NCBI RefSeq assembly: GCF_006345805.1
Contig: NC_043015.1
Location: forward strand, 41,664,001 to 41,728,000
Direction: 5' to 3'
From: Octopus sinensis
Lineage: Eukaryota
Length of the DNA: 64,000 nt
How positions within the stretch are numbered: the stretch's first letter is position 1; every line of letters starts with the position of its first letter. Below, piece by piece: positions 26,533 to 40,269 of the stretch. A model generated the notes under the pieces. It saw only the letters and a program-made list of their open reading frames with translations. It was not told the origin of the DNA and did not search any database. The position numbers and the translations under genes are program-made.

Positions 26533-28386
26533 TTATTACTCACTACTACTACTACTACTACTACTACTCCTACTACAAATGTAGCGAGCTGGCAGAATCG
26601 TTAGCATGCCAGATGAAATGCTTAGCGGCATTTCATCTGTCTTCCTGATGTTCTGAGTTCAAATTCCACTGAGGTTGACTTTGTCTTTCATCCTTTCGGG
26701 GTCGATGAACTAAGTACCAGTTGAGCACTGGGGGTCGATGTAATTGACTAATCCCCCTCCTCTCAAATTTCAGGCCTCACGCCTGTATTAAAAAGGATTC
26801 CTTTTATAGCAACTGGTATACTTATATGAAGGCAGCATTTTGTCCATTTTTATGTTCTGGGTTCAAATGTCACCAGGGCTGGCTTTGTTTTTTATTCTTT
26901 CGGGGTTGATAGGATTAAAATACCAGGGATGAAGCAAAACACAACAGAAGATAAGGGGAGATTTCTAATAGTGTTGTGCCACAACCTGTTGATAGTTAAG
27001 GGATCTTTCATGATGTGTCGCCTAACTTGTGGAATGAGCCTTCCCTTTCTTTTAATAGATTATTTCAAATACATTTGGAAGGGCATCGTCCAGCCATAGA
27101 AACCATGCCAAAGCTGTCCCCGGAGCATGATGCAGTCCTTGGACATGTCAGATCCTGTGAAACCATTCAACCCATGCCAGCATGGAACAAAGACGTGAAA
27201 TGATGATGACGATGATAATGATGATGGTGATGATGATGATAGTGATGGTGATGATGATGATGATGGAAGCTGGTTATTGTAATCATAAATAATGCTATCA
27301 GAGGGTTATCGTTGTCAAATTTAGTGGGTCCCAAACACATTCGGGTTACTTATATGTCTGCTTAATGTTATCAGCCTGTGGTTATTGTTATCTTGGTGAT
27401 CGCAATAAACAACATGATTGGCTAATTACGTACCAATAGTTAATCAAAACCTAATTTCCTTAATTAAAATTCTCTGTTACTCTCTCTCTTTCTACCTATC
27501 TATCTGTCTATACCTCTCTCTCTCTTTCTTTCTTTCTAGTTATACATCTATCTCTCTCCCTCTCCTTCTTTCTCTCTCTCTCTTCAACCTATCTATCTGT
27601 CTATACCTCTCTCTCTTTTTAGTTATACATTTGTCTCTCTCCCTCTCCCTCTCTCTTTCTTTTTCTACCTATCTATCTGTCTATACCTCTCTCTCTCTTT
27701 CATTCTATCTCCCTCTCTCATTCTTTCTAGTTATACACCTGTCTCTCTCCCTCTCCTTCTCTCTCTTCCTCTTTCTTTCTAACTAATAATCTGTCTATAC
27801 CTCTCTCTCTTTCATTCTATCTCTCTCTCTTTCATTCTATCTCTCTCTCTTTCTAGTTATACATCTGTCTCTCTCCCTCTCCTTCTTTCTCTCTCTCTCT
27901 CTCTCTCTTTCTACCTAATAATCTGTCTGTCTGTCTCTCTCTCTTTCTTTCTAGTTATACATTTGTCTCTCTCCCTCTCCTTCTCACTTTCTCTCTCTTT
28001 CTCCTTCTTTCTACCTATATCTATCTGTCTCTCACTCTCTCATTCGCCACAACCATTCCTTCTTCTCTCCCAAACCTGTTTACACAGAACAGAACAGAAG
28101 ACCCTGAGGCATCCATAGAGTCTTGGTTCCTGTTTACAGAAAAAAAAAACTGATCAAAAATATCCAAAGGAAACAAAATCTTGGAAAACAATAACTTGTT
28201 GAATGCTTAAATGCATGGAAAACAACGACCTTCCATACATTTGCAAAAATAAAATAGAAAAAAGAAAAACGGAAAATACAGAGAAAAACCATGAATTCTA
28301 TAAAATTAAAGGTGAGAAAGGAATTGCCAAAAATCTCCAAAGCCTTGTGATTGGATTTGGTAGATGGAAACTGAAAGAAGCCTGTC

Positions 28387-28421
<35 letters not shown>

Positions 28422-28530
28422 TGTATGTATGTATGTTATATATAGATATATATATACAAATATATATATATATCTATATATTGCTTTCAAATGTGACCAA
28501 TTGTGTGTAGCGTTGGCGATTTTTTTTCCT
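24470..28530. repeat. About 2.1-kb direct duplication flanking an assembly gap
   Basis: Offset 2101 bp (24914/27015, 25317/27418); copies differ by scattered substitutions and microsatellite length. Confidence 0.9.
26353..26452. other. Assembly gap (100 N)
   Basis: Run of exactly 100 N. Confidence 1.
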
Positions 28531-28702
28531 CTGTCTTCCCTACTCTGGATCTTTCCTTCTCCTATGTTTCCGACGAAGAGCTCCGCGCTTGAAACGTTAA
28601 CCTCCTTCTTTCTTTTTCTCTCCTGAGCGTCCAATAATACTATATTTGTTCCACGTCCTCTGCGTTGTTGTGTCTTTTTGGTGCTTTCTTGTTTGGATTA
28701 CT

Positions 28703-28757
<55 letters not shown>

Positions 28758-28764
28758 AATATTT

Positions 28765-28804
<40 letters not shown>

Positions 28805-29757
28805 CTATATATAGATATATAATATATATATCTATATAGTGGAGGCGCAATGGGCCCGTGGTTAGGGCATCGGACGTGTGGTCGGAGGATCGCAGTTTCG
28901 TTCCCAGACAGGGCGTTGTGATGTTTATTGAGCGAAAACACCTAACGCTTCACGAGGCCCCGCCAGGGGTGGTGATCCCTGCTGTACTCTTTCACCACAA
29001 CTTCTCTCACTTTTACTTCCTGTTTCGTTGTACCTGTATTTCAAGGGCCCGGCCTTGACACTCTCTGTGTCACGCTGAATATCCCCGAAACAACGTTAAG
29101 GGTACACGTGGGTGTCTGTGGAGTGCTCGCCACTTACACGTAATTTCACGAGCAGACTGTTCTGTTGATCGGATCAACCGGAACCCTCGTCGTCGTAACC
29201 GACGGAGTGCTTCCATATATGTATATATGTATATATGTATATATATATGTATGTGCATGTATAATGTTTTTGTGTTTTTTCCCTGGAGTATCGCTTGACA
29301 ACCGAGTGGTGGTTGTTTACGTCCCCGTAACTTAGTGGTTCGGCAAAAGAGACTGATAGAATAAGTACTTAGGCTTCCAAAGAATAAGTCCTGGGGTCTA
29401 TTTGCTCAACTAAAGGCGGTGCTCCAGCACATAGCCACAGTCAAATGACAGAAACCAGTAAAGAGTAAAGAGTAAGAGTATATATATGTATAATATATAT
29501 ACATATATATATCATGTATATATATATATATATTATATATATATATATATAGTATAATATTGTATTATGTATATATTATATAGAGGGACTCTTAAAGTAA
29601 GAGTCCCTCCTGTGTGTGGGGCTTTATGTATAGTAATGCCCTTATAAAATATAAATAAATATATTTAGTTTGAAAAATTGGTGGACTTTTTCCGTTAGGA
29701 GGTTTTTCACGCTAAACTACTTAATAAATTCTTATAAAGATTTTATCCTATTTTTAA

Positions 29758-29788
<31 letters not shown>

Positions 29789-29816
29789 TGTATGTATGTA
29801 TGTATTATATATATAC

Positions 29817-29851
<35 letters not shown>

Positions 29852-31389
29852 CATACTACATACTATATAGATATATATATATATAAATATACATATATTA
29901 TATATATATACGATATATTAATATATATACATAATTATATATACATTATATATATATACACACACATATATCTATTATGTATCATAAAGTTCAAAAAGTT
30001 TTGAGACTAATTTCCTCAAGAAATCCTGGAGAAGCCTCCTACACATGGAAGTGTCTCTGTAAACAATAACTCTACTTGAGTGGACCATGTTGTCTGATTC
30101 CTGAATTGAATGACTTTGCCAGGTAGTGCCATTAAGTTAGACATGGCCTGGGCCAATACTGGCCGTAACCCATCAAAGTCTATACAAACACACATACACA
30201 CACACATACACACTCACATATATATAAATACACACACATATATATATACGCATACATATACATCTACCTAAATATATATAAATTATATATATGTACTATT
30301 TCGTTATTACCCACAAGGGGCTAAACAAAGAGGGGACAAACAAGGACAAAGAAAGGGATTATGTCGATTACATCGACCCCAGTGTGTAACTGGTGCTTAA
30401 TTTATCAACCCTGAAAGGATGAAAGACAAAGTTGACCTCGGCAGAATTTGAACCCAGAACGTAATGGCAGACGAAATACTGCTAAGCATTCGCCAAGTCT
30501 GCTAACGGTTTTGCAAGCTCGCTGCCTTACATATTTAACACACAAACATATATTTATATATATATACACACAGAGTGGCTGTGTGTAAGTAGCTTGCTAA
30601 CCAACCACATGGTCCGGGTTCAGTCACTGCGTGGCACCTTGGGCACGTGTCTTCTGCTATAGCCCCGGCCGACCAATGCCTTGTTAGTGGATTTGGTGGA
30701 CTAACTGAAAGAAGCCTGTCTATATATGTATATATATGTATATGTGTGTGCGTGTAGTTTTGTGTGTCTGTGTTTGTCCCCTTAGCATTGCTTGACAACC
30801 GATGCGGGTGTGCTTACGTGCCCCGTCATTAGCGGTTCGGCAAAATAGAACCAATAGAAATAAGTACTGGGCTTACAAGAATAAGTCCCATGGTTGATTT
30901 GCTCGACTAAAAGGCGGTGCTTCCAGCATGGTCGCAGTCAAATGACTGAAACAAGTAAAGAGTAAAGAGAGTACATGCATATATATGTATACACATATAT
31001 AACTTATAATATTAAATACACACATATATATGTAAATATATATATATATATATGTATACATACACACACACAATCCTTTGCACTATTATTCTGACGATTT
31101 GCGAGAGGTAAGGTTTCAGTGTTTGAAGCTTCCAAGGCAAGAAATTATAATGACAAGGCTCTCCACAACGTTTGTGATTGCTACTTCACATACATCGACT
31201 TTTTTTCTTTCCGTAGCATTTATGTTGCTATGAATACGGCTGTTGAGAGGAACACAGTCAGGTCAATGATAGAACTTCGTTTGTTTCAGGAAAGAGCCAG
31301 AACAGAGATAGGAAAAACCAACTGCGGAGAGTAATTTCAAAGTCAGTGTTGTCCACAGACTGCTGACAGTGTCATCAATAACCTATGTC

Positions 31390-31425
<36 letters not shown>

Positions 31426-31698
31426 TGCATGTATGTATGTAGGTATGTGTGTGTGTGTGAATGTATATATATGCATATATGTGTTTACACACACATGCAC
31501 ACCTATATACATCTATCTATCTCTATAAATATATAAATACATACACATAGATATTTTCATACATACACATCTCTGTATACACACATACCTACACACACGT
31601 GATATATATAGATATGTGTATGTGTCTGTGTAATAATAATACATACATACATACGTATATATACATGTATATATATACACATATATATACATATACAG

Positions 31699-31729
<31 letters not shown>

Positions 31730-31780
31730 TATAGATAGGTACGTAGATAGCTATATGTATAAATGTAAATAGATATGCAA

Positions 31781-31818
<38 letters not shown>

Positions 31819-33765
31819 GTACATATACAAATACACACACACATGCATACACACAAATGAAGTCGGTCAACCAGAACCAAAACCTAGCTGATAGTGAGTT
31901 TCATCAAGCATGGACATGTATAAACTGCCTTTGAAACATCGATCTGAAGACAAGCAAGCAGTATTGACACACACGCACACAACAGAAACCTTCACGCCAG
32001 CACACCCACCACTTATTTACAAGAGCAACGGCAATGCCCTGCCGACGCCACCCCTAACAACAACAATACTACTCACAAAAATGGGGCAGAGAACAAAAAA
32101 AACAAAAAACAGAGGCGGTCATTCTAGATGGCATTGAAATAAATATCATGTGACGACCTGACCCGTCATATACTTATCACGTCACCATTTTACACCTTGA
32201 CATTATGCAGTGAGTGACTTGACAATTTTTGCATTTTTAGGACAACTAACCCTTATCTTTGATATTCACAGCTCCCCAACATTCTTAAGGTTCATTTCTG
32301 ATCCCTGTCACATGTCGGATTCTGTTAACGACGAAGGATGCTTATGGATGGAGCAACTCCTTTCATTGGTCTGTTCAAACAAGGAGTTCTACCAATCAAC
32401 AATAACAATGATGACACCACTGAATTCGTTTCTACTCATTGTCTTGTTGTATTCCACCGAAGACTTATCCATCTTACTAATGCTGGGGAAGCTAGATATC
32501 ATCTCTTCTGCAAGACATGTTTCTGAGCTTTTTATATACTTTTAACTCTCTCAATATAATATACACTGACTCAACTGAGAGGTCTTGGCTGGAGAGTTAT
32601 TCACTGACTGCACTAGTACTGGGGGTTACACTCAAACACACCTAAAAAGCATCCAGGACACTCTGAAAAGGGGTTGGTGTTAGGAAGGGCATCCAACTGC
32701 AGAAGGTATGCCCAAGGAGGCAGTGGGGTTCAGTACAGTTGTCTGGCCTGTGGGTTCTTGTCGAACAGTCCAACCAATGCCAACGAGGAAAACAGACATT
32801 ATACAATGATAATGACATACAGTGGGCTTCATTCAGTTTCCATCTACCAAATCCATTCAGAAGACTTCGATTGCAGCCCAGGTTTATATAAAAAGACATT
32901 TGGCCAAGGTGCTGTTGTTGTTGTTAAGCAACAAGATGGGTAAGGGTGATTAGGTGATTGTCTAGGGCTCAGGGGCGGGAGACCCCAGACATTGGAAAAA
33001 AAAACTTTGGTTGTCTTGTTGTAGTCGAGGGCTCTTCATTGACGCCCAACACCACTGAGAGGTGGCCCTCGAAGTCGCTGGAAATGGAGATTTCCAGGTC
33101 CAAATTCTTGAACAGCTGTCCAAGGTGCTGTGCCATGGAACTGAACCTAAAATCACATGATCGAGAAACAAGCTTCATAACCACACACACACACACACAC
33201 ATTTTTTTCAGTTTCCTTCAACCAGAGTCACTCACAAGGCTTTGGCCGGTGGCCTGGGGTTATAATATATGTGCCCAAAACCATACGGTCAAGAAGCAGA
33301 AACCATGATTGAGAAGCAAGCATCATAACCACACACACACACACACACATTTACTCTCTCTTTACTCTATTACTTGTTTCAGTCATTTGACTGCGGCCAT
33401 GCTGGAGCACCACCTTTAGTCGAACCAAATCAAACCCCAGGACTTGTTTTTTCTAAGCCTAGTATTTATTCTATCAATCGCTTTTGCCGAACCGCTAAGT
33501 TACGATGACATAAACACACCAGCATCGGTTGTCAAGTGATGTTGGGGGGATTAGTACAGACACACTCACACACAAACATATACATAGACACATATATATG
33601 ACGGGCTTCTTTCAGTTTCCGTTTACCAAATCCCCTCACAAGGCTTTGGTCGGCCCGAGGCTATAGTAGAAGACACTTGCCCAAGGTGGCCACGCAGTGG
33701 GCCTGAACCCAGAACTATATTGTTGGTAAGCCAGCTACTTACCACACAGCCACTCCTACATATAT

Positions 33766-33807
<42 letters not shown>

Positions 33808-34489
33808 GACAGGCTTCTTTCAGTTTCCGTCTACCAAATCCCCTCACAAAGCTTTGGTTGGCCTGAGGCTATAGTAGAAGACACCCGTCCAAAGTGCCAC
33901 GCAGTGGGACTGAACCCGGAACCATGTGGTTGGTAAGCCAGCTACTTACCACACAGCCACCCTCCTACATATATATATACAACACATATATATATACATA
34001 TATACGACGGACTCCTTTCAGTTTCCGTCTACCAAATCCACTCACAAGGCTTGTGGTCGGCCTAAGGCTATAGCAGAAGACACTTGCCCCAAGATTTCCC
34101 ACGCTTGGGACTGAACCACCCGGAACCATGTGGTTGGTTAGCAAGCTACTTACCACACAGCACACAGTTCCATCATAACTGCACGTAATCTACACAAGCA
34201 TATATAATTCATATATATATGTAAAAGCAAAGATATGGATTTAAATTCACCTTGGACTCAACATGAAAGGAAACGACGCTGAACAGAGATGGGGGACGGT
34301 GGAGATGAGGGTGTGGAGGGTGGGGGGAGATAGTTCCGAGTGGGAGGGAGTGGGATGGGAGGGGAAGGGCGATTGCTTTTATTGTCACATGCTGTTTACT
34401 GCGCTCTGCATCTTGCTCCACTCGGTTGCATGTTTTAATGACAATGGTTGCCAGCTCCTCTTAACGAGCGGTTGCTTTGTGTGTGCGAC

Positions 34490-34492
34490 TGC

Positions 34493-34528
<36 letters not shown>

Positions 34529-35150
34529 CTGTAAGTATATGGGTAATGTGTATGTGAGCGTATGTATGTGTGTGCTTTTGTTGTGCGTGGTGTGTGTGGA
34601 TGTGTGTATAGATGTGTGTGTGTGTATGCGTGTATGGATGTGTGTGTGTATGTGTGTGTGTGCATGGGTTATGTGAGTGTATGTGTGTGTATGTGTGTGT
34701 CTGTAAGTATATGGGTAATGTGTATGTGAGTGTATGTATGTGTGTGCTTTTGTTGTGCGTGGATGTGTGTGTGTGGATGTTTGCAAATGTGTGTATGGAT
34801 GTGGTGTGTAGGTGTGTGTGCATGGGTTATGTGAGTGTATGTGTGTGTATGTGTGTGCCTGTACGTATATGAGAAACGTGTATGTGAGCGTATGTATGTG
34901 TGTGCTTATGTTGTGTGTGGAAGTGTGTGTGTGTGTGAATGCTTGTGAATGTGTGTGGATGTGTGTATGGATGTGTGTGTGTGTATGTGTGCATGGGTTA
35001 TGGGAGTGTATGTGTGTGTATGTGTGTGTGCCTGTAAGCATATGGGTAATGTGTATGTGTGCGTTTATGTTGTGTGTGGATGTGTGTGTATGCGTGTATG
35101 GATGTGTGTGTGTGTGGACGTATGTCCAGATGTGTGTGTGTGTGTGCTCA
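34490..35150. repeat. TG-rich compound minisatellite, about 170-bp period x4
   Basis: gtaagtatatgggtaatgtgtatgtgag-like anchor at about 34530, 34702, 34860, 35035. Confidence 0.8.
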
Positions 35151-35287
35151 TCAAAACGTGTTGCTGTTGTTATTGTCTCCGTTGCCATTACCGTTACTAC
35201 AACAATACTACAAACTTATTTACAATCACAACTACCACAACAACCACTACCTATACCACCAACACCACCACCACCACCACCACCACC

Positions 35288-35319
<32 letters not shown>

Positions 35320-35632
35320 CAACACAATCCCAACCGCTACCACAACAACCATCACCGACATGACCGCAGCCACCTCTCCAACAACCACCTGTACTTCGAT
35401 GAGCTTCCATCACTGGCAACCAACCACCTATACTGTTACTACCATAACCACGGACAACAAACAAACAAACCGCCACCACCACCACCACCGCCACCTGTAG
35501 AGTCTGGTGAAATAGACACTCTGGTACAAAGTGTACCAGATCAATTATTACTTATTCCTTTCATCACCATCATCATCATCATTACCATTACCATTATCAT
35601 TATTATTATTATTACTACTACTATTATTATTA

Positions 35633-35671
<39 letters not shown>

Positions 35672-36261
35672 CATTATTATTATTATTACTACTACTATTA
35701 TTATTATTATTATTATTGTTATTATTATCATTATTATTATTATCATTATTATTATTATCATTATTATCATTATTATTATCATTATTATTATCATTATTAT
35801 TATTATCATTGAGTGAGCGAGCAGAGCATGCCATCAAAGTGACACTGGGGTAAAATATACGAAGCCCAGTATACCCATCATGACTACACGTCTGATAAGG
35901 GTACACCAGGCACATGCATCACAACCATATGTGCGCGACATGGTGATCTCATATCAAGATAAACAGCACAGGTGGGGCCCAGTTAGAATTTTCTTCTGGT
36001 CAAGTAGCCCATTCCGCTCAAAAGGTCCCTGAATAAGGGTTGTTTAAGGATGTTGAAAGAAACACCCATGTTTCCAGAGGTGAATTATTCAAACCCCAAA
36101 GAATCCCTCTCAACACATGGCTATGATGCTCCTCCACTACTTCTGCTCGTGATCAGAGATGCACATATCGTCAGCCACTAAGGGACATGCTCAACTGGTT
36201 AAGGTCAAACAACTGACAAGCAAATTATTATCATTATTATTATTATCATTATTATTATTAC

Positions 36262-36300
<39 letters not shown>

Positions 36301-36324
36301 CATTATTATTATCATTATTATTAT

Positions 36325-36742
36325 TATCAATGGTGGAGAGCTGGCAGAAACGTTGGCATGCTGGGCGAAATGCGTAGCCGTATTTCGTCTGCCGTTACGT
36401 TCTGAGTTCAAATTCCACTGAGGTCGACTTTGCCTTTCATCCTTTCGGGATCAATAAATTAAGTACCAGTAGCGCACTGGGGTCGATGTAATCGATTTAA
36501 TCCCTTTGTCTGTCCTTGTTTGTCCCCTCTGTGCTTAGCCCCTTGTGGGTAGTAAAGAAATAAATATTTCCTCTTCTGATACATTCTGAGTTCAAATCCT
36601 GCCGAGGTTGACTTTGCCCGTCATCCTTTCGGGGTCGATAAATTAAGTACCAGTTGAATACAGGGTGTCAATGTAATCGACTTACCCCCCCCCCCCACAA
36701 AAAAAAAAATTTCAGGTTTTGAGCCTATAATAGAAAGGATTT
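36325..36742 (+). mobile_element. SINE-C dimer with two different 3' tails
   Basis: Unit 1 ends agccccttgtgggtagtaaagaaa; unit 2 ends atttcaggttttgagcctataatagaaaggat. Confidence 0.8.
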
Positions 36743-36999
36743 TTTATTTGTGATGGTGGTAGTAGTAGTAGTAGTAAATGTTGTAGTAGAGGTGTCATGA
36801 TAATAGCAGTAGTGGTAATAGTAGTAGTAGTACTAGCAGCAGCAACGGTAGTAGTAGTAGTAGTAGTAATAGTAAAGGTAAGCCTGGTGGAGTGGTTGAG
36901 ACATTCATTTTGCAGTCCCAAGGACCAAATCTTTGGACAGGAAGAAGTTGCATCGGTGTATAAGAAAGGAAAACTTTGTACAGTCGAGTGCATACTTGG

Positions 37000-37600
37000 T
37001 TGAGTTGAGGGAGAAGGTGGGGGAGAGGGGGGGAGTGAGAGAAGGGTAGAAGAGGAGGGAGTGTGGGGGAGAGGTGGGAGAGAGAGGTGGGGAGAGAGAG
37101 TGGGGGAGAAAGAAGTGGGGAGAGAGAGTGGGGGAGAGAGATGGGGGATAGAGGTGGGGTAGAGAGAGGTGGGGAGAGAGAGAGTGGGGGAGAAAGAAGT
37201 GGGGAGAGAGAGTGGGGGAGAGAGAAGTGGGGAGAGAGAGTGGGGGTAGAGAGTGGGAGAGGAGTTGGGGAGAAAGAAGTGGGGATAGAGAGTGGGGGAG
37301 AGAAGTGGGGAGAGAGAGAGGTGAGGAGAGGAGGAGAGTTTGGGAGAGAGAAAGGTGGGAAGAGAGAGAGGGGTGGGGGGGTGGGGGAGGAAGGAGAGAG
37401 AAGGTGGAGAGAGTGAGAGGTGGGAAGAGAGAGAGGTAGAGAGAGAGAGGTGAGGAGAGGAGGGAGAGTTGGGGAGAGAGAGGTGGGAAGAGAGAGAGGT
37501 GGGGAGAGGAAGGAGAGAGAAGGTGGAGAGAGTGAGAGGTGGGAAGAGAGAGAGACGATGCTGGAGATAGAGAGAGAGAAGGTGTAGGAGGGAGGTGGGG
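37000..37600. repeat. Purine-rich (GGGGAGAGAGAG)-type minisatellite
   Basis: Direct; G-quadruplex/triplex-prone composition. Confidence 0.9.
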
Positions 37601-37773
37601 AGATACACACACCCTTTGAGTAAAAGACAGGATGGTCATGCTGGAATGTCAGAGATCATTGGTCTGTTTATTCAAGGTTGACCTGGGGTGTGGTCAAACA
37701 ACAACCCCAAGGACGACCCTAAACTTAACCTTTGTACAAAACACGAAATATAAAAATAAGATTGAGATCTCAC

Positions 37774-37863
37774 CTGTATTAATCCCATTATGAGAAAATA
37801 GAAATTGGCAATTCTCCGGAATTGTTCAAACAGATTTTTTGGTAGGAAATTCAGGATCGTGTA
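37774..37863 (-). CDS. ATP11: P4-ATPase coding exon 3 ([30 protein letters not shown])
   Basis: 90 bp, tttttacag acceptor, CAG|gtgaga donor; hallmark P4-ATPase motif [20 protein letters not shown]; same exon boundaries as vertebrate ATP11. Confidence 0.97.
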
Positions 37864-37893
37864 CTGTAAAAACAAAAAATAAACAAATACATA

Positions 37894-38580
37894 AATCATC
37901 ATCATTTAACATCCATCTTCCATGCATGAATGGATAGGATGGTTGACAGGTGCTGGCCAGGTGGAAAAACTACTATAGGCTGCTGTGTCTGTTTTGGCAG
38001 AGATTTTACAGGTAGATGCCCTTTCAAATGCCAACCACTCCGCAGAGTGGACTCGGTGCTTTTTATGTGGCACCAGCACAGGTGAGGTTAGTTTTGGCAG
38101 GAGTTTTACTGTTGGATGCCCTTCCAAATGCCAACCACTCCACAGAGTGGACTGAAGGCTTTTTATGTGGCACCAGCACAGGTGAGGTTAGTTTTGGCAG
38201 AGATTCTACAGCTGGATGCCCTTCCAAATGCCAACCACTCCACAGAGTGGACTGAAGGCTTTTTACATGGCACTAGCACAGGTGAGGTTAGTTTTGGCAG
38301 GAGTTTTACTGTTGGTTGCCCTTCCAAATGCCAACCACTCCGCAGAGTGGACTTAGCGCTTTTTACGAGGTACCAGCACAGGTGAGGTTAGTTTTGGCAG
38401 GATTTTTACAGCTGGATGCCCTTCCAAATGCCAACCACTCCGCAGTGTGGACTCAGTGCTTTTTACATGGCACCAGCGCAGGTGAGGTTAGTTTTGGCAG
38501 GAGTTTTACTGTTGGATGCCCTTCCAAATGCCAACCACAGACGCTTAATGATGATGACGACAATGATGATGATGATGATG
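37894..38580. repeat. Tandem array of six 100-bp units derived from family D, alternating A/B types
   Basis: atgccc.tc.aaatgccaaccactcc at 38016, 38116, 38216, 38316, 38416, 38516; agatt.tacag versus gagttttactgtt alternate. Confidence 0.92.
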
Positions 38581-39091
38581 ATATATCATATTTTCTGTCA
38601 TACAAGTTGAAATTTTTCAGACTGAAATTAACAGCCAAGAAAAAAGTAGGTTGCGGCTGTGTTTTCACTTATATACCTTGATAACTTTTGAAGACAGAAA
38701 AGATACCGTGTGAAATGTAACAGGACTTAGACAGATAAGTGAAGATGTAAGAAAATTACTATTTTTAAATCTCACAACGTGAGATATTCAGCAACAGTAC
38801 TTTGCAGGAAAGACTGTTTGCCGTCATAACATGGCAGTCCTGGTTTAGGACGAATGTTGCTGTAATTTAGCCCCAGGAGACATCGTCTCCAGCTGGCTAT
38901 ATGACATGATCTGTGTCCTTATATTTTTGAAAGTATAAGGACACAGATCGTGTTGTTACTACGGTGACGATGTAGTTTGAATGTTTACGCTCCATGTTGA
39001 CACTGTATACCATGTTGACTTACAAGTCAGAAAAGATGGAAAGCAAACGAGAGAGAGAAGTGAAAAAATTTAAAAAAACAGGTTGACGTAC

Positions 39092-39214
39092 CTTTGAGGA
39101 TTTGATCCTGTTGTCACAGTAACGCTCTTCTTTCGACACCACCTCTGGCTCCAGTAACGAAGTACTTCGTATCTTTATAACTCTTTGCTCAGGACACTGT
39201 CGTCCCTTGAGAGT
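39092..39214 (-). CDS. ATP11: P4-ATPase coding exon 2 (TLKGRQCPEQRVIKIRSTSLLEPEVVSKEERYCDNRIKSSK)
   Basis: 123 bp open, ttctccttcgtag acceptor, AAG|gtacgt donor; ends in the P4-ATPase N-terminal motif Y.DN.I.SSK, as in ATP11 (FIDNRIISSK). Confidence 0.93.
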
Positions 39215-39239
39215 CTACGAAGGAGAAAGAAAAAAATAA

Positions 39240-39816
39240 ATAAATAAATCAAGAAAGAAAGAAAGAAAGAAAGGAAGGAAGGAAGGAAGAAAGAAAGAAA
39301 CAAGGAAGGAAAGAAAGAAAGAAAGAAGGAAAGAAAGAAACAAGGAAAGAAAGAAAGACAGAAAGAAAGGAAGGAGGAAAGAAAGAAAGAGAGAAAGAAA
39401 GAAGGAAAGTAAGAAAGAGAGAAAGAAAGGAAGGAAGAAAGAAAGAGAGAAAGAAAGAAACAAGGAAAGAAAGAAAGAAAGAAACAAGGAAAGAAAGAAA
39501 GAAAGAAAGAAAGGAAGGAAGGAAGAAAGAGAGAAAGAAAGAAAGAAAGAAAGGAAGGAAGGAAGAAAGAGAGAAAGAAAGAAGGAAAGAAAGAAAGAGA
39601 GAGAGAAAGAAAGGAAGGAAGAAAGAAAGAGAGAAAGAAAGAAAGGAAGAAAGAAAGAGAGAAAGAAAGAGAGAAAGAGAGAAAGAAAGAAAGAAAGAAA
39701 GGAAGGAAGAAAGAAGAGAAGAAAGGAAGAAAGAAAGAAAGAGAGAAAGAAAGAAAGAAAGAAAGAGAGAAAGAGAGAAAGAAAGAAAGAAAGAAAGGGA
39801 GAAAGAAAGAAAGAAA

Positions 39817-39854
<38 letters not shown>

Positions 39855-39870
39855 GAGAAAGATAAAGAGA
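39240..39870. repeat. (GAAA/GGAA)n tract abutting the exon 2 acceptor
   Basis: Direct; reads (TTTC)n on the gene strand. Confidence 0.95.
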
Positions 39871-40238
39871 CATGGCTGTGTGGTTAAGAAGGAGACGAAT
39901 GTTCGGATTATTGTTAATCCGTTTGTATAATGAAGTCCTCTACATACATTTCATCAGGTGCACTCCAGAATGTCCGGCAGGATAAATAATGGTCAGCAGT
40001 CTTACTATCCAAGGATTATTTCCTGGGACACTTAAGCAACTCTTAGCTACATTGTAATTGTTCCCTTGGATTTCCCCTATCAATTGTAAGCTCTCTCTCT
40101 CTCCCTCTCTATTGCAAAAATAATCTGGAACACGTCTGAGGAAAGAAAATTCCGAATGACCCATCCTTGTTTTTTCTTGTCCCTTTTTTGTATCATGTCT
40201 GGATATTTTGCGTTCTTGTCCCATTTTGTTTATTCCTT

Positions 40239-40269
<31 letters not shown>

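Noticed and set aside
30016-30213. Unique-looking 65-aa minus-strand ORF as a candidate extra flippase exon
   Set aside because: No P4-ATPase similarity, and exons 3 and 4 already join in frame as in known ATP11 genes.
40131-40170. CTGAGGA...TTCC-GAAT motif in PLE-like tail sequence
   Set aside because: GAAT instead of GAAA and no usable helix III.
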